From positions 1 to 43,061 of the IMG/VR virus record IMGVR_UViG_3300037722_000838: a stretch of DNA of 43,061 bases. One strand, 5' to 3'. The notes beneath the pieces are model-generated. The model was not told the origin of the DNA and did not search any database. It saw only the letters and a list, made by a program, of their open reading frames with translations. This document shows, piece by piece, positions 16,591 through 25,707 of this stretch. The DNA is from a virus (taxonomy: Duplodnaviria > Caudoviricetes). Within the stretch, counting starts at the first letter, position 1. Every line of letters begins with the position of its first letter. Made by a program: the position numbers and the translations under genes.

Positions 16591-16800
16591 ATGGATTGCG
16601 AGACAACAACGCTGTCGGACGGAACCGTGATCTGCCACCTAGTGCCGCTGCCGACGTTGGTTCCGGCAGAGACAACCACTACAACGGTGCCAGACGTGCT
16701 GCCCATGACCGGGTTCGATCCGGTGGTGGGTGTGGTTGGGACGCTGGTGCTCATCCTCGGGGCAGCGCTAGTTCGAGTCGTTTCACCTTCTCGGAAATGA
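16591..16800 (+). CDS. LPxTG sortase-substrate mini-protein (69 aa)
   Basis: SD GGAGGT; Cys pair, TTTTT linker, LPMTG, hydrophobic helix, basic tail RVVSPSRK. Confidence 0.7.
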   Translation: MDCETTTLSDGTVICHLVPLPTLVPAETTTTTVPDVLPMTGFDPVVGVVGTLVLILGAALVRVVSPSRK

Positions 16801-17884
16801 CTGCAACAACCGCCCGTAAGTCATAGATCTCTTCCTCATAGGCTTCGGGGACAGCCTCGTGGACATGCTCGGCGCCGAAACCGAGCCGCACCTGGCCGTT
16901 CTCGTCGGTCCAGCGGATCGGTGTGGGTAGCACGAAATCTGCCGCGTCGGGTGCCCACCTCCAGTCCGGCTTGTATTTGAGAGAGGAGGTGGAACGAAAA
17001 ACCGTGTTTCCGCTGGCTGTTTGCACAAGGTTCGCCGCGGCAGCGTTTGTAGTGGAGTGCGGTCTGATCCCGCCACCGTCAACGATAAACCTGACCGCGC
17101 CGCCGATTATCGTATGGAGTACGTCGCCTCCCGGCCACCGAAGTCCGGTGTCTGTATCACCAAGACCAGCTAGTCCAGGGGTTAAGACCCCAACGAAATC
17201 ACCGCCGCCAGTCACGGCTAATTGCGCAATGGCGTTTGGCCCGTCTTGGAATCTTCCCCGGATCGTTCCAGCGTCAAGAAACGCGATACCTGCGTCCGAT
17301 GACAACCCTAACCGGTTATCTATTACGATCGTACCGGGGTCGTATAATGAGGCTGAGAACCCCATCCGTCCGACCTCGGTACCAGCGCTGTTGAACATTC
17401 GTGTGAACGCTTCCGCCGTGTCACCTCTGATTTCATACCGCTCTCCGCTGGCTGCTGTTCGGAAGCGGATAGCGGTGATAATCCCCGCGTTGATCTTGTC
17501 CGCGCTGAGGTCGTTGATTTTGGCGTTGGTGATCTGAGCATCCGCGATCTTCGCGGTAGTGATCTGAGCATCCGCGATCTTCGCGGTGGTCACCGCCAGG
17601 TTCGCGATCTTGACCGTCGTCACCGCACCATCCGCCAACAAATCAGTGGTGATAACCCCCGCATTCAAATGCAACGTCGTCGCCTGAATCGCACCCGCCG
17701 ACGAATCCAACAAAAACCCTTTAGTCGCATCCGTATCAGGACCCGCCGACAGATCCCCACCACCATCCCAATTGAACGAACGGATATCCCCCCGAAGTGT
17801 CACATTCCCCAGATTGGAAATGTCCTCCGGGTGGACCGTCTGAGGTACCGGCAACGCCGGGAACGGGTCATGCCGAGATGTCAT
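16751..17884 (-). CDS. Tail fibre/spike with C-terminal intramolecular chaperone (S74-like)
   Basis: 10-aa ITTAKIADAQ repeats; STSSLKYK cleavage motif, GFGAEHV, terminal coiled coil. Confidence 0.8.
   Translation of the reverse strand: MTSRHDPFPALPVPQTVHPEDISNLGNVTLRGDIRSFNWDGGGDLSAGPDTDATKGFLLDSSAGAIQATTLHLNAGVITTDLLADGAVTTVKIANLAVTTAKIADAQITTAKIADAQITNAKINDLSADKINAGIITAIRFRTAASGERYEIRGDTAEAFTRMFNSAGTEVGRMGFSASLYDPGTIVIDNRLGLSSDAGIAFLDAGTIRGRFQDGPNAIAQLAVTGGGDFVGVLTPGLAGLGDTDTGLRWPGGDVLHTIIGGAVRFIVDGGGIRPHSTTNAAAANLVQTASGNTVFRSTSSLKYKPDWRWAPDAADFVLPTPIRWTDENGQVRLGFGAEHVHEAVPEAYEEEIYDLRAVVAVISEKVKRLELALPRG
17529..17587. repeat. 30-bp period tandem duplication in the tail fibre
   Basis: GTGATCTGAGCATCCGCGATCTTCGCGGT occurs twice, identically. 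Confidence 0.85.
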
Positions 17885-19722
17885 ACCAGCTCCCTGCCCC
17901 GCACCCTCACCGTGGCCGCTGGGCCCTCCTCCTCAGTGTTCGCCGTCTGCCGTTGCGGTAGGAACACCTCAGCCACCGCCACGTCATAGGTGTCGGTCCC
18001 GTCGTTCTCCCGGTTCAAATACGGGTCTTTGAACGCCACCACCGCCTTATTGGTCCGCAGCGTTGCCAACTGGTCGAGAATCTTGTGCGACTCCTGCTCC
18101 CCGGCATTGCCCACGTCGATCGACATGATCACCTCGAGAACCGCCGACGCACCCACCGCCCGAGCCGACACCTCACGGACCGTCGGCGTGTTCGTGTTGG
18201 TAGTGGTGGCAAGTATCAACCTCAACTCGAACTCGAACCCTGTCACCGTCGACCCCGCCGACGTCGACACCGGGACCGTCACCCGAGTCTGGCCGTCAAC
18301 ATTGTGAGTGGTCCCCGACACGGTGACAAAACTGGCGCCGTCGGCCGAATACGCCACCTGCACCGACGTGTCCGCCGGCAACGGGTCGGTGATCACCGTC
18401 ACATCCAACAAGGTTTTCAGCAGCCCCCGGTAATCCCAGTCGTGTTTCCCCAAATCGATCGTCGCCGTCTCTGTGGTGTACAGGTTCTCCCGGAACCGTT
18501 CCACCGCCAGCGAGTTCCCACCTGAGGTGACCGGAGTGATGAACACCTGGTTACCCAACACAATGCAATCCTCCGGAGTGCCGGTAGTGGTCTGCTTCGA
18601 CCACTGGTAGACCGCCCCATCGGTGAAGTTGTAAGCCCAGACCGCCCCATCGAAGTAGACGATCATGTCGTCGCCGATCATCCCCCCGATCAGGATCGGT
18701 TTCGACGCGGTGGTCCCAGTGGTGGAACGGAACGGGCCGATCACCCCGTCCTGACCACCACGCTTATACCAGATGTAGGCGTCGCCAGAATTGGCGTGAG
18801 CGTCCGCCACCCGGTACGCCACGAACGTGTACCCCTTGGTGAAGAACACCGCGTACGGGAAAATGAAATCCTGTGGGGCTTTCCCGATGACCTCTTGGAA
18901 GTCGAGCGCCTTGTGGTACTGCCACAGCAACGTCTGGCCGTTGTCGAGCCGTTGCACCCAGATCGGCCCTTTATCCGACAGCGACATCCGCCCATAGCTC
19001 CATGTTGACGCCAGGTAGACAGCCGAAGACCCATTAGCTGGGTCTGCAACGGCGGTCCTGGTGTCAGGAGTCGACTTGTCGATCTCGTAGAGGTCGTCGC
19101 CGTCGAGAGCGTAGAGCACACCCTCATAGGACCGGACCACCGGCGCATAAGTGAACGGGTCGGTGGTCGTGTCGAAATGTTCTTCGGAGGTCCCCGACTT
19201 CCACCGCCAGATCGCCCCCGAAGCATGACCCGAATACATGTGCGTGTCGTCGCCGTCGGTCATCGAAGTCACATCAGAAGCCCCAGCCCCTATCGTGATC
19301 GCCGCCCCCCAGTCAGGCGTCCACTTGTAACCATGGCCGTCGTCGGCAACCCATATCGACCCGAGCCCGTACCCGAACCTAGACCCGTCGTTGAATACCG
19401 CACCACCCGAATCGTTCACCGTCACATCCTGGTCGGCGCCCAAGATCAACCCGTCGAGGATCGACACCGGCCGCACGTTGGTCGACTGCCGGTACATCGC
19501 CCCTTCCCTATCCCAGTACGTGATCCCCTCGCCACCACGCCAACCCCGGACCGCCCAACCCCGGAACTTCGGGTCCGCCTCGAGTCCCGGCACATCACCC
19601 GACGCGGACTCAGATTCGAAATCAACCGGGATGTAACGCCGCTGATACTGGTCAGCGGAAGGCAGCCACGCCGCCAGTTTGAACTTGACCGACCCCAACT
19701 GGCCTATCGGATGGTCGCTCAT
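17881..19722 (-). CDS. Tail nozzle / tail tubular protein B-like
   Basis: 613 aa, beta-propeller-like composition; position after the adaptor gene. Confidence 0.6.
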   Translation of the reverse strand: MSDHPIGQLGSVKFKLAAWLPSADQYQRRYIPVDFESESASGDVPGLEADPKFRGWAVRGWRGGEGITYWDREGAMYRQSTNVRPVSILDGLILGADQDVTVNDSGGAVFNDGSRFGYGLGSIWVADDGHGYKWTPDWGAAITIGAGASDVTSMTDGDDTHMYSGHASGAIWRWKSGTSEEHFDTTTDPFTYAPVVRSYEGVLYALDGDDLYEIDKSTPDTRTAVADPANGSSAVYLASTWSYGRMSLSDKGPIWVQRLDNGQTLLWQYHKALDFQEVIGKAPQDFIFPYAVFFTKGYTFVAYRVADAHANSGDAYIWYKRGGQDGVIGPFRSTTGTTASKPILIGGMIGDDMIVYFDGAVWAYNFTDGAVYQWSKQTTTGTPEDCIVLGNQVFITPVTSGGNSLAVERFRENLYTTETATIDLGKHDWDYRGLLKTLLDVTVITDPLPADTSVQVAYSADGASFVTVSGTTHNVDGQTRVTVPVSTSAGSTVTGFEFELRLILATTTNTNTPTVREVSARAVGASAVLEVIMSIDVGNAGEQESHKILDQLATLRTNKAVVAFKDPYLNRENDGTDTYDVAVAEVFLPQRQTANTEEEGPAATVRVRGRELV

Positions 19723-20598
19723 CTACCACGTCGCCCTACTGAACCGCTTCCGGAACCGAGGCTCGGGCCGCACCTCTTTGTGCAGGGTCCGCTTGTACTC
19801 GTCGCGCTCCTGGAAGAACTCCGCCATCAACCCCCGATACGCCTGTAACAGAGGCTCAGGGCTCCGACGGGACCGCGCCGCGTCATTCATCACCTGAGGG
19901 TTCCTGTACGCCACAGACAGCGCAGCAGCCGCCGTAGGGATCATGTCAGCAAGTTCGTCAGCCAGGGTCGTGAGGTCATCGACGTGGGGCCGGCGCTTCG
20001 CCGTGAAATACACCGGTTCGTCGTAATCCCACACCTTCCTGATCCGCAGCAGCCCGCCCTGAGTGGCGACCGTCGAGTGGATCTGACGTTCCACATCCCA
20101 CCAACCGTTCGGGATCGGATGGAACTTCTCCTCCCCGTCGAGGTTCTCCTGGTAGACCATCACCACCTCATCGATGTACTGGTCGAGGTCGTACATGCTG
20201 TCGGTGTCGACCGCTGTCAACGAGTCCTTGTGCCACGTCCAGACGTGGGGCCAGAGCCTGGTGCGGACCACCTTCTCCACCTGCTTCTCGATTTCGACAC
20301 GCGTGTAGAGAGGGTTCTTCGACATGACCGCGCCACTAGCCTGAGCCGCCGCCGTCGACCCCCGCTGCCCCCGGCGGACCACCGTGGCCCCAGCAGAGTC
20401 CCCCTCGAAGATGACGATCTCCCCGTCATCGAACTCGGCGTAGTTGTCCTTGAACCACATCGACGGCGTCCACGGCGTCAACGAGGTGGCGCCCACTGTG
20501 ATCGCCCCGTTCAACGTGTCCTCAGCGGGACGCTCCACCAACTCCATCCCGTACAGGATGCTCCGGGTGTCGGTCACCAGTTGAGCGAGAGAGGTCAT
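19723..20598 (-). CDS. Head-tail adaptor / tail tubular protein A-like
   Basis: MTSLAQLVTDTRSIL N-terminal helix, inserted beta domain (VRRGQRGSTAAA), C-terminal helix; synteny. Confidence 0.6.
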   Translation of the reverse strand: MTSLAQLVTDTRSILYGMELVERPAEDTLNGAITVGATSLTPWTPSMWFKDNYAEFDDGEIVIFEGDSAGATVVRRGQRGSTAAAQASGAVMSKNPLYTRVEIEKQVEKVVRTRLWPHVWTWHKDSLTAVDTDSMYDLDQYIDEVVMVYQENLDGEEKFHPIPNGWWDVERQIHSTVATQGGLLRIRKVWDYDEPVYFTAKRRPHVDDLTTLADELADMIPTAAAALSVAYRNPQVMNDAARSRRSPEPLLQAYRGLMAEFFQERDEYKRTLHKEVRPEPRFRKRFSRATW

Positions 20599-21062
20599 GC
20601 CTTCCCCAACAAGTCGAGCTGCTCATAAATCCGGCGGGCGTCCATCTCAGACACCTTCCGACACAACTCCCGCACCTGACGGGCCGCCTCCTCATCGGTC
20701 AAATGGCCGAGCCCGCCCAACTCCTTCATCTGCCTGATCCGCTCCATGTACTTCCCCGGGTCCTGCGCCGACCACTTCAACATCTGCTCAGCGAGATCCC
20801 TGGTCAGGATCTCCACCGTCTCCCGACCAGGACGTGGCTTCTCCGCAGCCGGCGCCTCGAGAACAGCGTTGCCCTGAGCGTCAGTGTCGCCCCGCTCCCA
20901 GTCGGCGTGGTGGGCTACCGCACCCACCTCGAACTCGACCCTCCGGCCCTCCTCGTTGCGGAGGTTCGCCAACGCCCGACGCCGCCAGTCGGCCACCTTC
21001 TGGGAAGGGAGGAACTGCCATTTAGGGTCGGGGTTGCGACCTGTGTGACGGAGCAGCGTCAC
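20595..21062 (-). CDS. Hypothetical protein
   Basis: Abuts the upstream gene and is ATGA-coupled downstream. Confidence 0.65.
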   Translation of the reverse strand: MTLLRHTGRNPDPKWQFLPSQKVADWRRRALANLRNEEGRRVEFEVGAVAHHADWERGDTDAQGNAVLEAPAAEKPRPGRETVEILTRDLAEQMLKWSAQDPGKYMERIRQMKELGGLGHLTDEEAARQVRELCRKVSEMDARRIYEQLDLLGKA

Positions 21063-21887
21063 CTAGTCCTCGCTTCCACGCCCAGAAATCGACCCACGCG
21101 TGGTCACGCCAGGCACCACCGGCGCACCCACACCAGCCTCAGTCCGACCGAAATGATCCACCGAGCAATACCCAGTGTGGACCATCTCACCGTTCTCCTC
21201 AGCCGAAACCTCCCAACAACCACCAGCAGGACACAGCATCGGCTCGGTCCGCTTGAACCCCTTCTTCGTGTACTTGCGGTACCCGTCCTCGAGCGACCCG
21301 GCAATGTTGTTGAACTGGCCCTCGTAGGGGATCTGGCGGAGCGACCCATCAGGAGCGACCATCTTCAACGTCCGGAGCAGCGGACCTTCCTCCGGAGCGC
21401 CGTTCACCTTCCTGTCCGCCAACAGGTCCTCCATCGTCTCGGTGATCAGCTCGGCCAGCTCCTCCTTGTCCGGACGGATCGGGTCGTAACCCTGCTTCAT
21501 CCGGGTCTTATTGATCGACGCGATCTCAGCAAGCGCCATGTCCCGCAACTGCTTCTCGGGGTAGAACGCCTTGACGTCCTCGATCGTCTCGAACAGGTGG
21601 TGGCGGATGTTGACGGTCGGCTTGTTCGCCTCGAGCTCCGCCTTCTGCTTCTCGATTACCTTCGCCGCTTCCCGCAACTGCGCCCGCAACACCTCGGCGT
21701 CTTCGGTGCTGTCCGCGGTTTCGGCCGCCTCGCTGGCAGCCGCCTCCGGTTCGATGATGATGTACCCGCCCGCGGCGATCTTCTTCTTGGAGAGCTGGAC
21801 CTTCTTCCCGCCGACCTTCTCAACCCAGTAGTAGCCACCGCCGATCTCGATCAGATCAGTCGACTCCTCATGCAATGTCGTCGTCAT
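21063..21887 (-). CDS. Hypothetical protein with C-terminal Cys/His motif
   Basis: ATGA coupling; CPAGGC...YCSVDH. Confidence 0.75.
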   Translation of the reverse strand: MTTTLHEESTDLIEIGGGYYWVEKVGGKKVQLSKKKIAAGGYIIIEPEAAASEAAETADSTEDAEVLRAQLREAAKVIEKQKAELEANKPTVNIRHHLFETIEDVKAFYPEKQLRDMALAEIASINKTRMKQGYDPIRPDKEELAELITETMEDLLADRKVNGAPEEGPLLRTLKMVAPDGSLRQIPYEGQFNNIAGSLEDGYRKYTKKGFKRTEPMLCPAGGCWEVSAEENGEMVHTGYCSVDHFGRTEAGVGAPVVPGVTTRGSISGRGSED

Positions 21888-22120
21888 TTCGATCCCTCCG
21901 CTCGGTCGACGGCCTGTTGGGCGGCCGTCCGTACTTTGGCTGCGGCAACAGCTTGGTCAGCGGCCCGGTTCTTCGCCGCCAAAGCTGCCTCATCACGGTC
22001 GCGTTCACGGCGAGCCTCTCGGTCCTTGAGCGTCTGCTCAGGCTCAGAGATGGGAGCAGCCTTCTTCTTGGCTGCCGATTTCTTCGCCGCGGGCTTCTTT
22101 GTGGTCTTTGTGTTCGCCAT
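21884..22120 (-). CDS. Small Lys/Ala-rich basic protein
   Basis: KKPAAKKSAAKKKAA; SD AAGGAG. Confidence 0.75.
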   Translation of the reverse strand: MANTKTTKKPAAKKSAAKKKAAPISEPEQTLKDREARRERDRDEAALAAKNRAADQAVAAAKVRTAAQQAVDRAEGSK

Positions 22121-22141
22121 GTGTCCACTCCTTACTTGAGG

Positions 22142-22169
22142 AAAACCGGGCGGGGACCAACCCGCCCAG
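22142..22169 (-). terminator. Rho-independent terminator after the capsid/decoration genes
   Basis: CTGGGCGGG-ttggtc-CCCGCCCGG followed by TTTT on the minus strand. Confidence 0.7.
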
Positions 22170-22187
22170 TCCTCCTACCTACCTACC

Positions 22188-22904
22188 TCAACGCCAGGAC
22201 CAGACTTCGATGAAGTCCAGGTCCAGGTCGAGAGTGTCACCCACATCATTCCAATGGGTGATCTTCGGTTCCGCCTCCTCGTCGTCGTCGATCACAGCGA
22301 ACACCGCACCAGCGAGCTCACCATCAACAAACGCTTCGACATAGCGAGGTCCGCCCTGACCGTTGGCGCCGGTCCACTCCACCCGGCACACATGCCAGGT
22401 GTCGAGCACGGCGGTCGTACCGGATGTCAACGTGGACACTCCTCCAAGCGCCACAGAGTTGTCTCCATGGTCCGCAGAATCCGCTTCCAGGCTCAACACA
22501 CCAGCATCGGATTCGATCCAGATGCCCACCGTCGGAGCGGTGACCGTCACTGAATCGTTGAGCCCGATCCGGAAGTTGTTGCCTGCAAGCGCGTTCCCGG
22601 TGATGTCCGGGTACCGGAACTTGAAAGCGAAACCGCCTCCCTTCCCACCGAACGCGAAGGAGTCCTCGTCGAGACGAAGATTCGATCCTTGCGCGGTGGT
22701 CCCGGCTGTGGTCTGCCTCAACACCCCGGCTTCGCCCGCCGCTGCCGCTGTCACCAGCACATACGTCGAAGCTCCACCGATCGTGACAATCTCCCAGCCC
22801 AACTCCCCGACGACCGCGTCGGCCACCGAGTCGTTGGACAGGAAATCGTCCTTCAACCAGAACCCATCGATCGGGCTGACAGGCCGCTCATGATTGATTG
22901 GCAT
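22188..22904 (-). CDS. Capsid-associated beta-sandwich protein, paralog 2
   Basis: Shares KDDF.SNDSVADA..GEL.WEIVTIG, DSADHGD, LTSGTT and QGGP with the upstream gene. Confidence 0.7.
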   Translation of the reverse strand: MPINHERPVSPIDGFWLKDDFLSNDSVADAVVGELGWEIVTIGGASTYVLVTAAAAGEAGVLRQTTAGTTAQGSNLRLDEDSFAFGGKGGGFAFKFRYPDITGNALAGNNFRIGLNDSVTVTAPTVGIWIESDAGVLSLEADSADHGDNSVALGGVSTLTSGTTAVLDTWHVCRVEWTGANGQGGPRYVEAFVDGELAGAVFAVIDDDEEAEPKITHWNDVGDTLDLDLDFIEVWSWR

Positions 22905-22915
22905 CTGTCACCTTC

Positions 22916-23650
22916 CTATGGGATCCGGGGCTGCCAGAAGTAGATGTAGTCGATCTCGAACGCGACAGCATCGGGGTTACCCGAATCCTGCCAGTGGACG
23001 ATCTTCAACTCCACTTCCTCGTCGTTGTCGATGTTGCATGGCACCTTCGCAACGTGCTGCATCGGCGCCTGGCCGTCACCGTCGGTCGAACCGACGAAGA
23101 AATCGACCTCGTCCGGTCCGCCCTGAGCGTTGGCCCTACCCGACGCCCTGATCAGAACGTCGAGCCATTCACCGACAACCATCGTGGTCCCCGACGTCAG
23201 ATCCGGATGTCCCGTCACCAGCTCGGACGCGTCGCCATGATCGGCTGAGTCCGTGTGGCATTTCAGGACACCGGCGGCCGACTCAAGGGTCACGCCGACC
23301 GTCGGCCTGGTGCCCGTCACCGAGTCGTCCAGCCCAACACGGAAGTTGCCTGACGCAAGTTCCACCGGGTACCGGACCCTCGCCCCAAGCTCGAAGCCCG
23401 GTTTGAGAACCAGCCCGTCTTGGAATAACCGCATCGCTTCGCCGTCGCCGTCAGAGGTCGCCGCCGTGGTGAGCCGAAGCACACCGAACGGTTGCGCCGT
23501 CTGATAGGCCAATGTCGAAGCGTTCCCGATTGTGACGATCTCCCACCGCAGCTCTCCGGTCAGCGCATCCGCGACCGAATCGTTGGAATAGAAATCGTCC
23601 TTGACGTACAGACCGGCCGGGGGGAACGTGAGATCTCTTGGATTGCTCAA
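22916..23650 (-). CDS. Capsid-associated beta-sandwich protein, paralog 1
   Basis: Directly after the major capsid; TTG start with SD GGAGGT; paralog of the next gene. Confidence 0.7.
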   Translation of the reverse strand: MSNPRDLTFPPAGLYVKDDFYSNDSVADALTGELRWEIVTIGNASTLAYQTAQPFGVLRLTTAATSDGDGEAMRLFQDGLVLKPGFELGARVRYPVELASGNFRVGLDDSVTGTRPTVGVTLESAAGVLKCHTDSADHGDASELVTGHPDLTSGTTMVVGEWLDVLIRASGRANAQGGPDEVDFFVGSTDGDGQAPMQHVAKVPCNIDNDEEVELKIVHWQDSGNPDAVAFEIDYIYFWQPRIP

Positions 23651-23660
23651 TTCATACCTC

Positions 23661-24536
23661 CTATCCGCGGTCCGTGATGATGGCTACGCCGGCGTTGTCG
23701 TCCAGCTCCCCGACCGCGTAAGCGGCGGTGACTGCGACTTCCTCGGCGCGGAGCGAAATGTCCCGCTCCATTTCCGAACGACTGGCCCACTTCTCGACCA
23801 TGGCCAGCGCCCGGTTCCCGCCGAACATCCCACCAGCCGAGTCCGCACCCGCATTCGCGGTAGGGACTGTGGTCGATGAAATGGTCCGGACATTGAACAC
23901 GGTGCCGAAGTCGAGGGATGGACCCATCGACAGGTCGTTGGTTTCGGCTCTTGCCGTGCTGCCTGTGTTCCCGGCAGCGTCAATGCTTGAGCCGATCGAC
24001 GTTTCCAGGTTTTGTACCTGTTCTGGGTACAGCACCGAAACGTAGGGGCCTTTGATTCTGCGGATGATCAACTGAGTCTTGGCGTCACGGAACTGCTGTT
24101 CCGTAAGGTCAGACCCGGAGCTCCCAACAGAGTTCGAGAATCCACTGAACAACGCCGTGATGTCGGTGAGGATCTTCTCAGCGAGAGCCTGACCGGCCTC
24201 AGTCCCGTACTCCGCCATCTCTTGGATGGATGAGAATCGGGCAAGGTCGGTGAGGGTCAGGAGAAGACCCGCCTCTCCAACGGTCAGCGTTACCTGATCG
24301 GGAGCATACGGGGTGTTCGCCATGTCCACGCCATCCGCCAGTGAAGCGGCAGCGAGGGTTGGCTTCTTCGGGAATCTCTCACTCGTCGAATGAAAACCGG
24401 CGAGGTTCTTTCTCTTCAAAAACGGAATTATCAGTCTCGCGTCTTCGTAGAGAGCCTCAAGCATCGAGTCGTTCATCACCCTATATCCCGTCGAATATTT
24501 CTCCGAGATTTGGGCGTATGTGATCTCGTTCGCCAA
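23661..24536 (-). CDS. Major capsid protein (HK97 fold)
   Basis: 291 aa after the scaffold; P22/N4-like pattern (EAGQALAEKILTDI...SEMERD...AAYAVGEL); TTG start with SD AAGGAG. Confidence 0.85.
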   Translation of the reverse strand: MANEITYAQISEKYSTGYRVMNDSMLEALYEDARLIIPFLKRKNLAGFHSTSERFPKKPTLAAASLADGVDMANTPYAPDQVTLTVGEAGLLLTLTDLARFSSIQEMAEYGTEAGQALAEKILTDITALFSGFSNSVGSSGSDLTEQQFRDAKTQLIIRRIKGPYVSVLYPEQVQNLETSIGSSIDAAGNTGSTARAETNDLSMGPSLDFGTVFNVRTISSTTVPTANAGADSAGGMFGGNRALAMVEKWASRSEMERDISLRAEEVAVTAAYAVGELDDNAGVAIITDRG

Positions 24537-24541
24537 AAGGC

Positions 24542-24576
24542 ATCACTCCTTTCGAATGTCTCGAACCTGGAGTGAC
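24542..24576 (-). promoter_or_regulatory. Hairpin sequestering the capsid SD
   Basis: GTCACTCC-agg-TTCGA-gacat-TCGAA-a-GGAGTGAT on the minus strand. Confidence 0.6.
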
Positions 24577-24587
24577 CGAGAGGTCTG

Positions 24588-25130
24588 TTACCAGGGCCGA
24601 GTTGGTTCTACGATGAGCCCTTTGTCGTAAGCAGCCTTCAAAGCTTCCTCGTCCCCTGAGGACACGAGAGCCTTGTATTCGGACGACCCAACCGCAATCT
24701 TCTCCTGGGTGCCCACCTGTGGTCCGCCGGATCCAGCGTTCGCCGGGCTTGGCCCGCCGAAACCTTGCTGGGCGGGTTCTGTGGCCCCGGCCGGTTCGGT
24801 GCTTTCACCTTCGCCTTCGCCGTTGCCTTCACCACCGTTGGCAGTAGGAGCTGTCACGTAGAGAGCTTTGAACTTGTCCTGTCCCAGGGTGTCGGGAATG
24901 TCATCGAGTTCGACATCGGAGAGGTGTGGTGTGACCAGGTCAGCGATCGAGTCGATCCTGTCCGCGTCCACCTTTCCCTTCAATGCTTCTCGTGCCCGAT
25001 CCCGTTTGAGATAGGAACCCAAAGCCGATTTCGCCGTCTCAGCCTGCTCTTTGAGTGAGTCCCGTTCCCGGGTCACTCGGTCGAAAGCTTCTTTCGAAAC
25101 CTTCTCGGACTTATCGCCTTCTTCTGGCAC
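24588..25130 (-). CDS. Scaffolding protein
   Basis: Coiled coil, Gly/Pro-rich linker and C-terminal helix; directly upstream of capsid; SD AAGGAGG. Confidence 0.75.
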   Translation of the reverse strand: MPEEGDKSEKVSKEAFDRVTRERDSLKEQAETAKSALGSYLKRDRAREALKGKVDADRIDSIADLVTPHLSDVELDDIPDTLGQDKFKALYVTAPTANGGEGNGEGEGESTEPAGATEPAQQGFGGPSPANAGSGGPQVGTQEKIAVGSSEYKALVSSGDEEALKAAYDKGLIVEPTRPW

Positions 25131-25151
25131 GTTTCTCCTCCTTCGTGCCCC

Positions 25152-25256
25152 GCAGGCTTCTGCCTGCTTCCGAATCTGGTGAGAGGGGGCTGCACCAGAT
25201 TTACCAACTCGGTTGCGGCCATTTGATTCTCTGACCGGAAGACCAGCCCGGTTCAG
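25152..25256 (-). promoter_or_regulatory. Structured 5' leader of the scaffold-capsid operon
   Basis: Three hairpins at 25231-25256, 25173-25201 and 25152-25167, downstream of a TAGTGT -10 box (25266-25271). Confidence 0.55.
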
Positions 25257-25284
25257 GTGATCGACACACTAACATAGAGCCTCA

Positions 25285-25707
25285 ATGTCCAGTGTATTGT
25301 GCTCTATCTCCGACCCCGACTGCGACGAACTCGCCAGCTCTCGGGGGTGGTGTCACAAGCATTACATGCGCTGGTATCGAAACGGTGATCCGCTCGACCA
25401 TGGAGCATTCATCCGCGGTGACAACGAGGCGCGGTTCTGGTCGAAGGTCGACGCCTCTGGAGATTGCTGGGAATGGACCGGATACACCGATCAGGACGGG
25501 TACGGAAGGGTTGGTGTTGGACGGCGTGTCGACCAGCGCACGATTCCCGCCCACCGCTACGCCTGGGAGTTGATGGTGGGCCCGATCCCTGAGGGCCTCG
25601 AGATCGACCACTTGTGTTTCAATCGGCCTTGTGTGAATCCCGATCATCTGGAGCCGGTCACTCACACCGAGAACATGAGGCGTCGTCACCTCGCAATGAT
25701 GGCCTAG
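25285..25707 (+). CDS. HNH homing endonuclease inserted antisense in the structural operon
   Basis: Zn knuckle plus RFWSKV...IDHLCFNRPCVNPDHLEPVTHTEN. Confidence 0.9.
   Translation: MSSVLCSISDPDCDELASSRGWCHKHYMRWYRNGDPLDHGAFIRGDNEARFWSKVDASGDCWEWTGYTDQDGYGRVGVGRRVDQRTIPAHRYAWELMVGPIPEGLEIDHLCFNRPCVNPDHLEPVTHTENMRRRHLAMMA

Noticed and set aside
16476-16754. 92-aa minus-strand ORF after the tail fibre
   Set aside because: ATGA-coupled but without SD or motif; the opposite strand has a promoter, SD and sorting signal. Not fully excluded.
23650-23683. Programmed frameshift or readthrough fusing capsid to the next gene
   Set aside because: The +1 frame is open over the last few codons, but there is no recognised slippery site and the downstream gene has its own SD.
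24555-24576. GGTTCGA T-loop-like sequence suggesting a tRNA (similarly at 4560-4570)
   Set aside because: No cloverleaf can be built; explained by the RBS hairpin and the repressor tail.
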